From: Pseudomonadota bacterium
GTDB taxonomy: Bacteria; UBA10199; 2-02-FULL-44-16; DYJF01
Direction: 5' to 3'
Assembly: GCA_043823065.1 (NCBI GenBank)
Contig: JBDRBB010000006.1
Span: 1 to 64,000 of the forward strand
DNA length: 64,000 nt
Positions 1 to 8,668 of this stretch are shown in pieces. How positions within the stretch are numbered: position 1 is the first letter of the stretch; each line of letters opens with the position of its first letter. The notes under the pieces were generated by a model that ran no database searches, was not told the DNA's origin, and saw nothing but the letters and a program-made list of their open reading frames with translations. The position numbers and the translations under genes are program-made.

Positions 1-130
1 TACCTGAACCTTTTTCCTCAGCCAGATATCTGGTGATAGCGCTTGTTAGCGTGGTTTTGCCGTGATCTACGTGACCTATTGTGCCCACATTCAAATGCGG
101 TTTCGTTCTTTCAAATTTCTCTTTTGACAT
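1..130 (-). CDS. tuf: Elongation factor Tu, N-terminal part (runs off the window)
   Basis: Manual translation [33 protein letters not shown] contains the GHVDHGKT G1 motif; GGAGG RBS; lies downstream of the tRNA cluster. Confidence 0.97.
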   Translation of the reverse strand, partial: MSKEKFERTKPHLNVGTIGHVDHGKTTLTSAITRYLAEEKGSG

Positions 131-148
131 ATTCTTCCTCCTTTTTTG

Positions 149-221
149 AGCCGAAGACGGGGATCGAACCCGTGACCTCATGCTTACCATGCATGTGCTC
201 TACCGACTGAGCTACCTCGGC
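149..221 (-). tRNA. tRNA-Thr(GGT)
   Basis: Cloverleaf: acceptor GCCGAGG/CTTCGGC, anticodon arm CATGC-ATGGTAA-GCATG, T-loop GTTCGATCC. Confidence 0.95.
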
Positions 222-244
222 GAATCCGCCACAACCAATTACTG

Positions 245-315
245 AGCGGGAGAAGGGAATTGAACCCTCGTAGCCAGCTTGGAAGGCTGGAGCTTTACCA
301 CTAAGCTACTCCCGC
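245..315 (-). tRNA. tRNA-Gly(TCC)
   Basis: Acceptor GCGGGAG/CTCCCGC, anticodon arm CCAGC-CTTCCAA-GCTGG. Confidence 0.95.
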
Positions 316-321
316 AAGCTT

Positions 322-407
322 TGGTGGAGAGGGGTGGATTCGAACCACCGAAGGCTTATGCCGACAGATTTACAGTCTGTTCCCTTTGGCCGCTCGGGAA
401 CCTCTCC
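322..407 (-). tRNA. tRNA-Tyr(GTA)
   Basis: Acceptor GGAGAGG/CCTCTCC, anticodon arm ACAGA-CTGTAAA-TCTGT, long variable arm, encoded ACCA. Confidence 0.96.
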
Positions 408-422
408 GTAAAAAATTTCATG

Positions 423-495
423 AGCCGACGGCCGGATTCGAACCGGCGACCTACTGATTACAAATCAGTAGCTCTACCAGCTGAGCTACGTCGGC
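423..495 (-). tRNA. tRNA-Thr(TGT)
   Basis: Acceptor GCCGACG/CGTCGGC, anticodon arm ACTGA-TTTGTAA-TCAGT; completes the classic thrU-tyrU-glyT-thrT-tufB arrangement. Confidence 0.95.
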
Positions 496-681
496 CTATT
501 ATCAATGATCAAAAAAAATAAATAGACCTCAGCGCAGAAACCGCTCTTATGCGGCTATACGCTCAAGTCTACAGCTTAACTTGATTGTTTCTCCACTATT
601 TAAAATGCTCCATTGGGAATAAAATTTACCCAAAAAGTCGGAGCTTTTTATGGGGCAGACGCTAATTTGTCAAGTAATTTT

Positions 682-1431
682 CTAGGTTTTTAAGAGTTTC
701 TGACGCATGGCTTCAGCCATAATAATGGCGCCAGCCACCGATACATTATAAGACTCAATTTGACCTAACATTGGTATATATAATAGATGGTCACAGCTCT
801 CTCTTACCAACCTCCTGAGTCCTTTTCCTTCACTACCCAAAACCAAAACCTGATTTTGTCCTGTAAAATCAAATTCATAGAGATTTTGGCTACCCTCACC
901 TGCTGCTCCAGCAACCCAAAAACCTTCATTTTTTAAGTCATTTAAGGTAGTTACCAGATTGGTGACCTCAACAATATTCAAATATTCTGTAGCACCAGCT
1001 GAGGCCTTAACCACAGTGGGCGTGATAGTTGCTGAACGATCTTTGGGAATAATTAGGCCCTTTACACCTAAAAGATGGGCAGATCTGACCAAAGAACCTA
1101 AATTTTGAGGATCTAAGATACCATCTAAAACTAAAATTAAACTATTGGTAGACTCTTCCTTAGATTTGGGAAGCAGATCAGAAATATTGGAAAATTTATA
1201 TACATCAAAACGAGCAGCTATTCCTTGGTGCCTATCTAAAGTGGCAATTTGGGAAATCTGCTCGTTTTTGACAAATTTTACTGAAACTGAATTTTGTTTA
1301 GCCAGGTTAACAATTTCTTCAATTCCTTTTTCCTGGCGACCCTGAGCCAGCCAAATTTCATGGCACTTTCTTTTGCCTGCCTTAAGAGCTTCTAATACCG
1401 CATGTTTTCCACTTAAAATTTCAAAAGACAT
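682..1431 (-). CDS. rlmB: 23S rRNA (guanosine-2251-2'-O)-methyltransferase, TrmH/SpoU family
   Basis: DPQNLG, GSEGKG and SYNVSVA SPOUT motifs; start moved to ATG 1431 because the ORF-track extension is a translated repeat. Confidence 0.9.
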   Translation of the reverse strand: MSFEILSGKHAVLEALKAGKRKCHEIWLAQGRQEKGIEEIVNLAKQNSVSVKFVKNEQISQIATLDRHQGIAARFDVYKFSNISDLLPKSKEESTNSLILVLDGILDPQNLGSLVRSAHLLGVKGLIIPKDRSATITPTVVKASAGATEYLNIVEVTNLVTTLNDLKNEGFWVAGAAGEGSQNLYEFDFTGQNQVLVLGSEGKGLRRLVRESCDHLLYIPMLGQIESYNVSVAGAIIMAEAMRQKLLKT

Positions 1432-1436
1432 AATTT

Positions 1437-1506
1437 GGATTGCTTCGTCACTTTGTTCCTCGCAATGACATCCAGAGCACCCTTCGACTTTGCTCAGGGC
1501 GAACGG
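1437..1506. repeat. Composite of two REP-like palindromes (family 1 GGATTGCTTCG..CTCGCAATGAC plus family 2 CCCTTCGAC..GCTCAGG..GAACGG)
   Basis: The same motifs recur at 50067-50131, 51334-51422 and 52353-52417. Confidence 0.85.
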
Positions 1507-1531
1507 AATAGCCGCTCGCGACAAACTTTAT

Positions 1532-3565
1532 TTACTTATTTTTTTCTTCTTTTTCGCGTTTAGCTTCTTCAATTATTTTTCCAGCAATATGCGCTGGCAC
1601 TGATTCATAATGCGAAAAACTCATCGTATAAGTTCCTGACCCACTGGTAATTGATTTCAAAGTAGCTGAATATTGATAAAGCTCGGCCATGGGAACTTTG
1701 GCTTTTATCACGCCATTATCCATACCAGAAACTCTACCACGCCTAGAGCTGATATCTGAAGAAAGATCACCCATAAAATCTTGAGGCGCATATACTTCCA
1801 GATCAACAATGGGTTCTAAAAGTTCTGGGGCTGCATCTTGCATGGCTGCCTTAAAAGCCAAAGCTCCGGCAATTTGAAAAGACATATCTGAAGAATCAAC
1901 ATCATGATAAGAACCATCAAACACTGTGGCCTTTAAATCCACAACCGGATAACCAGCTAACACGCCTTTTTGCATGGTTTCGCGCACGCCTTTTTCTACA
2001 GCAGGAATATATCTGCCAGGAATTGAACCACCCACAATTGCATCTTCAAAAACAAATTCTGATCCTGGAGGCAAAGGTTCTAAACGCAGCCAGCAATCGC
2101 CATATTGTCCGTGTCCGCCAGATTGTTTTTTATGCTTACCTTGTTTTTCAGATTTTTTGGTTATTTTTTCTCTGTAGGGAATATGAGGTTTGGTTAATTC
2201 AACTTCAACTCCGTAGCGATCCAGCAATTTCTTAACCATTATATCAATTTGAATTTCACCCATGGCAGTGATGATTGTTTCTGAAAATTCTTTGTCGATA
2301 TGATAAGTTAAAGTTGGATCAACTGCCACTAACTTAGACAGGGCCACACCTAATTTGTCTTGATCTTTTTTAGACTTGGGCTTGAGCGCCATGGGCACAA
2401 CCGGTTTTGGAAATTCAATTGGTTTGCAAAGCAAAGCATGTGCCTTGGTGCTGAACGTATCATTAATAGATGTGTTTTTAAGTTTAGCCACAGCAGCAAT
2501 ATCACCAGCCACTGCTTCATCTATTTCAATGCGCTCTTTTCCCCTGGTAATAATTAAATGGCCCATGCGTTCGTTGGTGCTTTGCGTACTGTTATAAATA
2601 TCAGCGCCGGATTTAACCGCACCTGATAAAACCTTAAAGAAAAAGATATCGCCAATTCCAGGATCTGAAGTATTTTTAAAAATATGTGCCAAGACCGGTC
2701 CATTTGGATCGCACTTAACTTCCACTTCTGTTTTATCTGAACGCAAGGCTTTGAAAACTGGTAATTGGTCTGGACTGGGCAGGTTATTGATAAAAGCGTT
2801 CAGCAATGTTTCAAAACCAGTGCCGTTCATTGCGCTGCCCATATAAACTGGATAAATATTGCCCTTGGCAATGCCTTTAGCCAAAGCTGTTTTCATTTCA
2901 TCTTCTGAAATCTCACCTTGTTCCAAATATTTTTCCAGGAGTTTTTCATCGCTTTCAGCAATAGTCTCCATTAATTCTGTTTTTAAACTGCCTGTTTTGT
3001 CAGCCAAATCAGCAGGGATGTCTGTTTTTGGATCAAGCAAATCTATAACTCCGTTAAAGCTTGCTCCTTGGCCGTTTGGCAACTGAAACAAAGCTGCTCC
3101 TGAACTGATTTCTTTAATAGAAGCAAAAGTTTTTTCATAATCAGCGCGTTCAGCATCCATTTTATTGATGAAAAAAGCATGGGGCTTGTTCATCTCTTTC
3201 ACCAAAGAATATAATCTTTTAGTGGCAATATCAGCGCCATTGGTCGCACTAACCACCATTAAAACAACATCTGCTGCTGCAATGCTGCTGACTACTTCGC
3301 CAATAAAATCAGAATAACCTGGAGTGTCAAAAAAATTTAGCTTATGCTTGTCCCATTCAGTCACTAAAAATTTGGACATTATGGATTGCTTGCGTTCAAC
3401 TTCTAAAGGATCATAATCAACAATAGTTGTACCATCATCCACTTTACCAATGCGACTGGTGGCTTTGGTGGTAAAAAGAATTGCTTCAGCAACCGTGGTT
3501 TTACCCACACCCTTGGCCCCTACAATAGCAATGTTTCTTATTTGCGATGTTTGATACTTATTCAC
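1532..3565 (-). CDS. fusA: Elongation factor G paralogue (EF-G2/fusA-like)
   Basis: DTPGYSDF, NKMD, KQSGGHGQYG and GSYHDVDSS motifs; atypical G1 (GAKGVGKTT); not in the str operon. Confidence 0.9.
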   Translation of the reverse strand: MNKYQTSQIRNIAIVGAKGVGKTTVAEAILFTTKATSRIGKVDDGTTIVDYDPLEVERKQSIMSKFLVTEWDKHKLNFFDTPGYSDFIGEVVSSIAAADVVLMVVSATNGADIATKRLYSLVKEMNKPHAFFINKMDAERADYEKTFASIKEISSGAALFQLPNGQGASFNGVIDLLDPKTDIPADLADKTGSLKTELMETIAESDEKLLEKYLEQGEISEDEMKTALAKGIAKGNIYPVYMGSAMNGTGFETLLNAFINNLPSPDQLPVFKALRSDKTEVEVKCDPNGPVLAHIFKNTSDPGIGDIFFFKVLSGAVKSGADIYNSTQSTNERMGHLIITRGKERIEIDEAVAGDIAAVAKLKNTSINDTFSTKAHALLCKPIEFPKPVVPMALKPKSKKDQDKLGVALSKLVAVDPTLTYHIDKEFSETIITAMGEIQIDIMVKKLLDRYGVEVELTKPHIPYREKITKKSEKQGKHKKQSGGHGQYGDCWLRLEPLPPGSEFVFEDAIVGGSIPGRYIPAVEKGVRETMQKGVLAGYPVVDLKATVFDGSYHDVDSSDMSFQIAGALAFKAAMQDAAPELLEPIVDLEVYAPQDFMGDLSSDISSRRGRVSGMDNGVIKAKVPMAELYQYSATLKSITSGSGTYTMSFSHYESVPAHIAGKIIEEAKREKEEKNK

Positions 3566-3660
3566 GACCCCCTCCTAAATTGTTAATAAGTTTTGGCTAG
3601 TCGTGTGCTGATAGCGAAACCAGAGCCTGAAATCAACCATTTATTTACTTTAAAAAACAA

Positions 3661-3683
3661 GGGAGCCGCACTATGCGGCTCCC
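3661..3683 (-). terminator. Intrinsic terminator
   Basis: GGGAGCCGCA-cta-TGCGGCTCCC hairpin followed by a T-rich run on the minus strand. Confidence 0.7.
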
Positions 3684-3714
3684 TCAATATAAAAGGAAAG
3701 GGTCAAATTAATGG

Positions 3715-4041
3715 TTAGGCATGATAATGATTTAGGGTAGAATTCTTTTGGCGAATTAGATCTTGTTCAAATTCAATTAAACCAAAAGGATCATGCCGTT
3801 CTAAATTTTCACGAGCTTGCAAATATTGGCTGCGACACTGCTCCATATAATCTAAAAGTTCTTCTTTTTGATCTAAATCCTTGGATTCATCAAATTCCAT
3901 TCTGGCATATTCATGATTAATGGAACTGGTAGCCATTTGCATTTGCAATTCTAAAAGAGCTTTCTTTCTTTGTTCAGAAAGTTTTTCGTCAATTATTGGC
4001 ATAATGGAAAATGTTTTTTCGTTTTCTATGGTCTGTTTCAT
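3715..4041 (-). CDS. Hypothetical alpha-helical protein
   Basis: ORF with GGGGGA RBS before ATG 4041, its own promoter and terminator. Confidence 0.7.
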   Translation of the reverse strand: MKQTIENEKTFSIMPIIDEKLSEQRKKALLELQMQMATSSINHEYARMEFDESKDLDQKEELLDYMEQCRSQYLQARENLERHDPFGLIEFEQDLIRQKNSTLNHYHA

Positions 4042-4072
4042 TCTTCCCCCTCTTAACTTCACCCTTTAATAA

Positions 4073-4089
4073 TGCAACTCGCTTGCCAA
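4073..4089 (-). promoter_or_regulatory. Putative sigma-54 (-24/-12) promoter
   Basis: Minus strand TTGGCAAGCGAGTTGCA has exact GG-N10-GC spacing, about 30 bp upstream of the start codon. Confidence 0.6.
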
Positions 4090-4214
4090 AATCAATTGGT
4101 GTGCCAGATTTTATCTACTATAACATGTTGTATTTATTGGTGTTTTTAGCTTATAAAACTGGAGTTATGCTGAAAATGGAAAATAGGAGTGGCCGGGCCG
4201 CAAACTTGGGGGTT

Positions 4215-5657
4215 TTAGTTCCCAGGGCAGGGCAAGACATCTAACAAGGCCTGATAAATAAATATCTCCATGGTTAATTGCAGGGCCTGGCCAGTTAAAA
4301 AATCTTCTTGTTCAAGATTCATCATTGCTGGGTTGAACACGATTCTGTTGTTTCCTAAATCTTGGGCTATGCCAAGTTCCATAGCCCTGGTTGTTATTTG
4401 AAGTTGTTTTTCCAAGATTAGATGCTGCAAACGATGACGTAACTGATTCTGCAAACCTTCTAAATCTCTAATAGTTCCGCTTCTATTAATCAAGTTTTCG
4501 ATTTGGGCAGCATCTGGAGCAAACACACCAGTATAATCTCGAATTAGATCATAACCATTAGCAATTTGTTCTGAATTTTCCTCTGCTTGATAAAATTCAT
4601 TTAAACTCTGCTGAAAAAGATTCCAATCAGGTTCCATATATAATGTAAATGCTTGGGTGTGATGATTACCTAAAACTTCAGCAGAATTATTTAAGGACTC
4701 GCCATTGAACAGATATGTATTTTGGGCCAGTAAAGCCAGGATGATTGTTTCCATTTGCTGCCCAAAAGTGCGTGACCCTGAAATTAAATCAGATCTGATG
4801 TTAGCTAACTCCTGATGATAGAAAGATCTATAATCTGTTTCTAAAATTGGATCATAAATATGGGGCAAAAGATATTCATTCATTGCTGTAAAAGACATGC
4901 CAAAGGTGCTGCCCATAATCAAACCAGCATGTTGTTGATTATACACATCTTGAGATAAGCGAACCAGATTCCAGTGCTGCATTTCATCAGCATATATTTG
5001 TCCCACGCCCCAAACCACGATGCGCGCACCTAGATCGGCCAGGGCAAAATTACCTGCCCAGCGCGTAAAACCAACACCAGTTCTCAGCGCTGCTGTAGAA
5101 CGCAGGCCTGAAACAGCAGCTAAGGCTTCTGGGGTATGAGCTGCGGTAATTCCCAAAGCCTGGGCCAAAACTGGTGATTGCCTGGCTAGAAAAAATGGCA
5201 TGGCTGCTAAAGACAACGCAGCAAAATCACTAAGAGCAGAACTGGGATCCAGGCCAATTAGCTCTAAAACAAGTCTGCATAAAAATTGAAAACCAAAAAA
5301 AGTCGGCAGATGAGGAAGAGATTGCGCTGGGCTGATATCTACCAATCCAGCACGGTACAGGGCCTGATGACTGACAAAAATAGAAGTGATTAAGGCAGGG
5401 CCCCTGGCATCTACCGGCAAAATATTATAATCAACTAAAGGTTCCAGGGCAAAACGATCGTAGGCCACGATTGCTGCTGAGCCGGCCAGCAGGCCTAAAG
5501 TGAGCGAACCTGAGCCTGGGATTCGGCCAGGTGTGCGTCCTGAAGCAGAGATAAATTCATCTGGACCGGAAGCAGTGCTGACGCCTCTGGGCAAAGACCT
5601 TTCTGGCAAACTACATTGCCATAAATCAAGTGAGGGATTTAAACATATCTCGCACAT
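4215..5657 (-). CDS. Hypothetical protein with N-terminal hydrophobic segments
   Basis: 480-aa ORF, no recognisable motif. Confidence 0.75.
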   Translation of the reverse strand: MCEICLNPSLDLWQCSLPERSLPRGVSTASGPDEFISASGRTPGRIPGSGSLTLGLLAGSAAIVAYDRFALEPLVDYNILPVDARGPALITSIFVSHQALYRAGLVDISPAQSLPHLPTFFGFQFLCRLVLELIGLDPSSALSDFAALSLAAMPFFLARQSPVLAQALGITAAHTPEALAAVSGLRSTAALRTGVGFTRWAGNFALADLGARIVVWGVGQIYADEMQHWNLVRLSQDVYNQQHAGLIMGSTFGMSFTAMNEYLLPHIYDPILETDYRSFYHQELANIRSDLISGSRTFGQQMETIILALLAQNTYLFNGESLNNSAEVLGNHHTQAFTLYMEPDWNLFQQSLNEFYQAEENSEQIANGYDLIRDYTGVFAPDAAQIENLINRSGTIRDLEGLQNQLRHRLQHLILEKQLQITTRAMELGIAQDLGNNRIVFNPAMMNLEQEDFLTGQALQLTMEIFIYQALLDVLPCPGN

Positions 5658-5663
5658 ATAAAA

Positions 5664-7295
5664 TTAAGGAGCAACTGGCACTGTTCTGGGCGGAACTATT
5701 ATCGGCCTGAGAACAGGAGCAGATGACGGGCCTCTTAAAGGCGCTGGCATAAGCACTGGTGCGCAATTTGTACTTAAACCAAAATTTGGCATGGTGAGGT
5801 TACCTCCAGATAAGGCCTGGTCCGGCATTTCTCCAAATTGCTGATTATAATTTAAAATACCTTGTAGCATTGATTCACTACTTGGTTCTGCTTGCGGAAC
5901 AGAAAATTGTTGGGCGATGGCCACTCTATTTCCTGCAGACTGCATAAATTCAGCTAAAGAAGCATAACTAGCATCTGCCAGATCTGCTAGATCTGAAGTT
6001 ATAAAAGTGAGTTGGTTGCCAATTTGAGCAGTATGAAAAGTTATAATTTCTATTGGTTCTAAATTCTGTGCTGCCAGGGCTTCTTCAAACTCTGTTTGAG
6101 TGGCATAACTTGCCTGAGCAACTGGCGCAAATTGGGCTGGCAGAAAAACCATCTCTCCACCTATTTCTGCGGTTAGACCCGACATTTCTGATTCTGTTTC
6201 TTCGGTTGAATCTTGAGGTTGCGCTGCTTGGGCCTGTCTTATTAATTCTACTAAGACTGTTACTGGAATGGCAGCCATTTCTGAATTACCTCCTCCTGCA
6301 GGAGGAGGTTGATCATCATCAGAATTGGCAGCAGTATTATTTCTTTGTCTGGCCCACCAATCAAGGAGCTGTTGAATCTCTGGAGTTTTGCGACCAACCA
6401 GGCGTTGAGCCATTCTACCCATCCTGGGATGTCTTGCTTCAAAATTATCCACTATCTCATGAGTTCTAGCTGGAAAAGTTCTGGTTAACTTGCCAAACCC
6501 CCAAGCTATAGTGAACAGAACACTGGCAACTGCAGCGCCGATTAATAAACCATAACTTTGCATATCTTGTCCCCAAGTTTGCTCCACTGGAACAGTTGGG
6601 TGGGCTTCGCGCAAACCAGTTTGCAAGGCTTGAATTAAATCGGTACATCTGGAAAAATTACCCTGATCAAATAAGGCATAAGATTGATTAGAATTCTGGG
6701 GTGTATAATGACACCTGGTTTGATAGAAGCAGCCAATTAAGGTTTCCAAACGCACCCGCCCCACATTGGCCTGACTAACGTTTAACAAAAGATTGCCGCG
6801 GTCCCTTTCCACACTGCTGCGCATATCCATTAAAAACTGGTCTGCACCTTGGGGAATTGGTTCGCTGCTTCCTGGCACACGCAAGGCCCAGCGCAAGCGA
6901 TCATATTCAGCAGTTGTGATCATAAACTGGGTGTCCATGACATTACCCAGCAAACCGCTGCCTGGAATGCCAAATTGCACATGGTGTCTGGAAAAATTAT
7001 TTTGTCTGGGAAAGTGCTCAGCAGAAGAAATTGGACCGGACAAAGCAACTCCATTATTATCTGTTATAAAACCTTCGATATCATCATCAACTGCTGAATC
7101 ATTTTGGGTGATACGGCAGCAAACCGCAAAACCATTAAAATCCTGGCAACCAGGAATTTGACGATTATGCAAATATATTTGTTCAAAGTGTTGCATAGCA
7201 CAAACATCTGGAAGTTGATTTGGATTGAGGCGCAAGACTGTGGCTATTTCTGAACCGGTTAAAATTCTATTTATTGTTTCTCCAATTGCTAACAT
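5664..7295 (-). CDS. Hypothetical protein with one TM helix and a low-complexity Pro-rich C-terminus
   Basis: 543-aa ORF; TM YGLLIGAAVASVLFTIAWGFG. Confidence 0.75.
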   Translation of the reverse strand: MLAIGETINRILTGSEIATVLRLNPNQLPDVCAMQHFEQIYLHNRQIPGCQDFNGFAVCCRITQNDSAVDDDIEGFITDNNGVALSGPISSAEHFPRQNNFSRHHVQFGIPGSGLLGNVMDTQFMITTAEYDRLRWALRVPGSSEPIPQGADQFLMDMRSSVERDRGNLLLNVSQANVGRVRLETLIGCFYQTRCHYTPQNSNQSYALFDQGNFSRCTDLIQALQTGLREAHPTVPVEQTWGQDMQSYGLLIGAAVASVLFTIAWGFGKLTRTFPARTHEIVDNFEARHPRMGRMAQRLVGRKTPEIQQLLDWWARQRNNTAANSDDDQPPPAGGGNSEMAAIPVTVLVELIRQAQAAQPQDSTEETESEMSGLTAEIGGEMVFLPAQFAPVAQASYATQTEFEEALAAQNLEPIEIITFHTAQIGNQLTFITSDLADLADASYASLAEFMQSAGNRVAIAQQFSVPQAEPSSESMLQGILNYNQQFGEMPDQALSGGNLTMPNFGLSTNCAPVLMPAPLRGPSSAPVLRPIIVPPRTVPVAP

Positions 7296-7331
7296 TTATT
7301 ATTCCTTTCAAAAAAATGAGGGGGCTTTTGT

Positions 7332-7358
7332 TTATCGCCCCCTTGCTGAAAATGTTGC
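7332..7358 (-). promoter_or_regulatory. Possible sigma-28-like promoter (GCAAC..GGCGATAA)
   Basis: A similar motif, GCAAC..GCCGATAA, lies at 60532-60560 upstream of another orphan gene. Confidence 0.35.
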
Positions 7359-7389
7359 CTAATATTTTCTTTGCTTAATATTTTCTTAC

Positions 7390-8649
7390 CTAACGCGTTG
7401 GCCTAACCGGCATTTCCAGCCAAGCCCGCACAAAAGCCGCCCTGGTCAATGATTCAAGCCTAGCCTGGTCCTCCAATAAATCTAGTTCCTCTCTGGGTAA
7501 AAGCAAAGTTACCGGGCCTCTCAACCTGTTTTGTGAATTTTGGCTACCTTGAATTGCTTCGACCACCAAATCCCGAACAATATCACAAGCAACATTATAA
7601 GTAGGAGTTGCTATTCCTGATAACCGTCTCAAAGCTGTTTCTCTTAAGCTTCTAAAATTTGCGCCATAACGCAAATTATTGCGCAAACTTTCAGGGATAA
7701 TTCTCCCCATGGCTTGCGTAATAAAATCAGCGTGGTTATTTCTATCCAGCGGTAAACTCAAAAAAGCTTGATCGCAAGTTTGCCGGATAAATTCAGCATT
7801 GGGCTTAAACCAACGATTGTTTACATAATTCAATGCTCTTTGACTGCCATCTGGTTCTGCATTAATACCATTTTGATAAAGCAAAATTCGTTCTGCAGAA
7901 CTATCAGCGGTATTGTCAAAATTATAAGGAAGCGCTGCCCTGACCCATTCTCGTTGCTGAATTAAAAGACTGGCCAAAGTTTCTCTGGCCACTTGTATTT
8001 CTCTTTGTAAAAAAGAAATTTCTTGCGCAGAAAAATCCAAACGAGATGCTCTTTCCAATTCGTTTTGGGCGCGCTCCAAAGCAGCTTGCGCGCCTTCAAT
8101 TTCCCTATAAAACTGAATCCAGACCTGCCCTTGGTCTGTTGTGCTATGCGTTCTAATTCTATCTATGTGACTTATTTCATTATTATAAAAACTTTTTACA
8201 GCTCCAGAATATCTTTCCTGTCTCACTGACCAAGTTAAGCCTTCTTGCAAAGCGTTTAGTAAACGCGCTTCAGCCTCTCTGATTTGCTCAGTTGTTCCTC
8301 GCAACTGCAGACGAACTGCTGGATTCAGTTCATTATCTTCAAAATCAGCATATGAAATATCGGCCAAAATTTGCCTCTGCCTAAATCTGGCCTGATCTAA
8401 CGCCTGATATTCAGCTAAGTATCGCAATCTTAATTCCAAAAAACGAGCATCTGGTTGAAGTGCATTTTCGGCCAAAGGAATAATTTGATCAACTCGTTCT
8501 GCTGAAAAATCAGGCCTAGTCATGCTAGGCGCATTAGCAGCAGCTAATGGATTTAACTTCTGGTCATTCTTGTCTATTTCAAATGGTTCTTGTCCTGAAA
8601 AAAGTGTTGCCTCTTGCACAAAAGATATCCGCTCACCTACAGAAATCAT
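7390..8649 (-). CDS. Hypothetical coiled-coil protein (paralogue of 8669-10228)
   Basis: GGAGG RBS before ATG 8649 (MISVGERIS); shares motifs with its neighbour. Confidence 0.75.
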   Translation of the reverse strand: MISVGERISFVQEATLFSGQEPFEIDKNDQKLNPLAAANAPSMTRPDFSAERVDQIIPLAENALQPDARFLELRLRYLAEYQALDQARFRQRQILADISYADFEDNELNPAVRLQLRGTTEQIREAEARLLNALQEGLTWSVRQERYSGAVKSFYNNEISHIDRIRTHSTTDQGQVWIQFYREIEGAQAALERAQNELERASRLDFSAQEISFLQREIQVARETLASLLIQQREWVRAALPYNFDNTADSSAERILLYQNGINAEPDGSQRALNYVNNRWFKPNAEFIRQTCDQAFLSLPLDRNNHADFITQAMGRIIPESLRNNLRYGANFRSLRETALRRLSGIATPTYNVACDIVRDLVVEAIQGSQNSQNRLRGPVTLLLPREELDLLEDQARLESLTRAAFVRAWLEMPVRPTR

Positions 8650-8668
8650 ACTTATCCTCCTTAAAAGC

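Noticed and set aside
279..521. 80-aa plus-strand ORF
   Set aside because: It is the antisense reading of the tRNA-Gly/Tyr/Thr genes
523..571. Hairpin upstream of the tRNA cluster as an independent ncRNA
   Set aside because: Imperfect, single copy, and explainable as leader structure of the tRNA-tuf transcript
1432..1524. N-terminal extension of RlmB (PFALSKVEG...HCEEQSDEAI)
   Set aside because: It is the translation of the REP-like repeats; RlmB homology begins at ATG 1431
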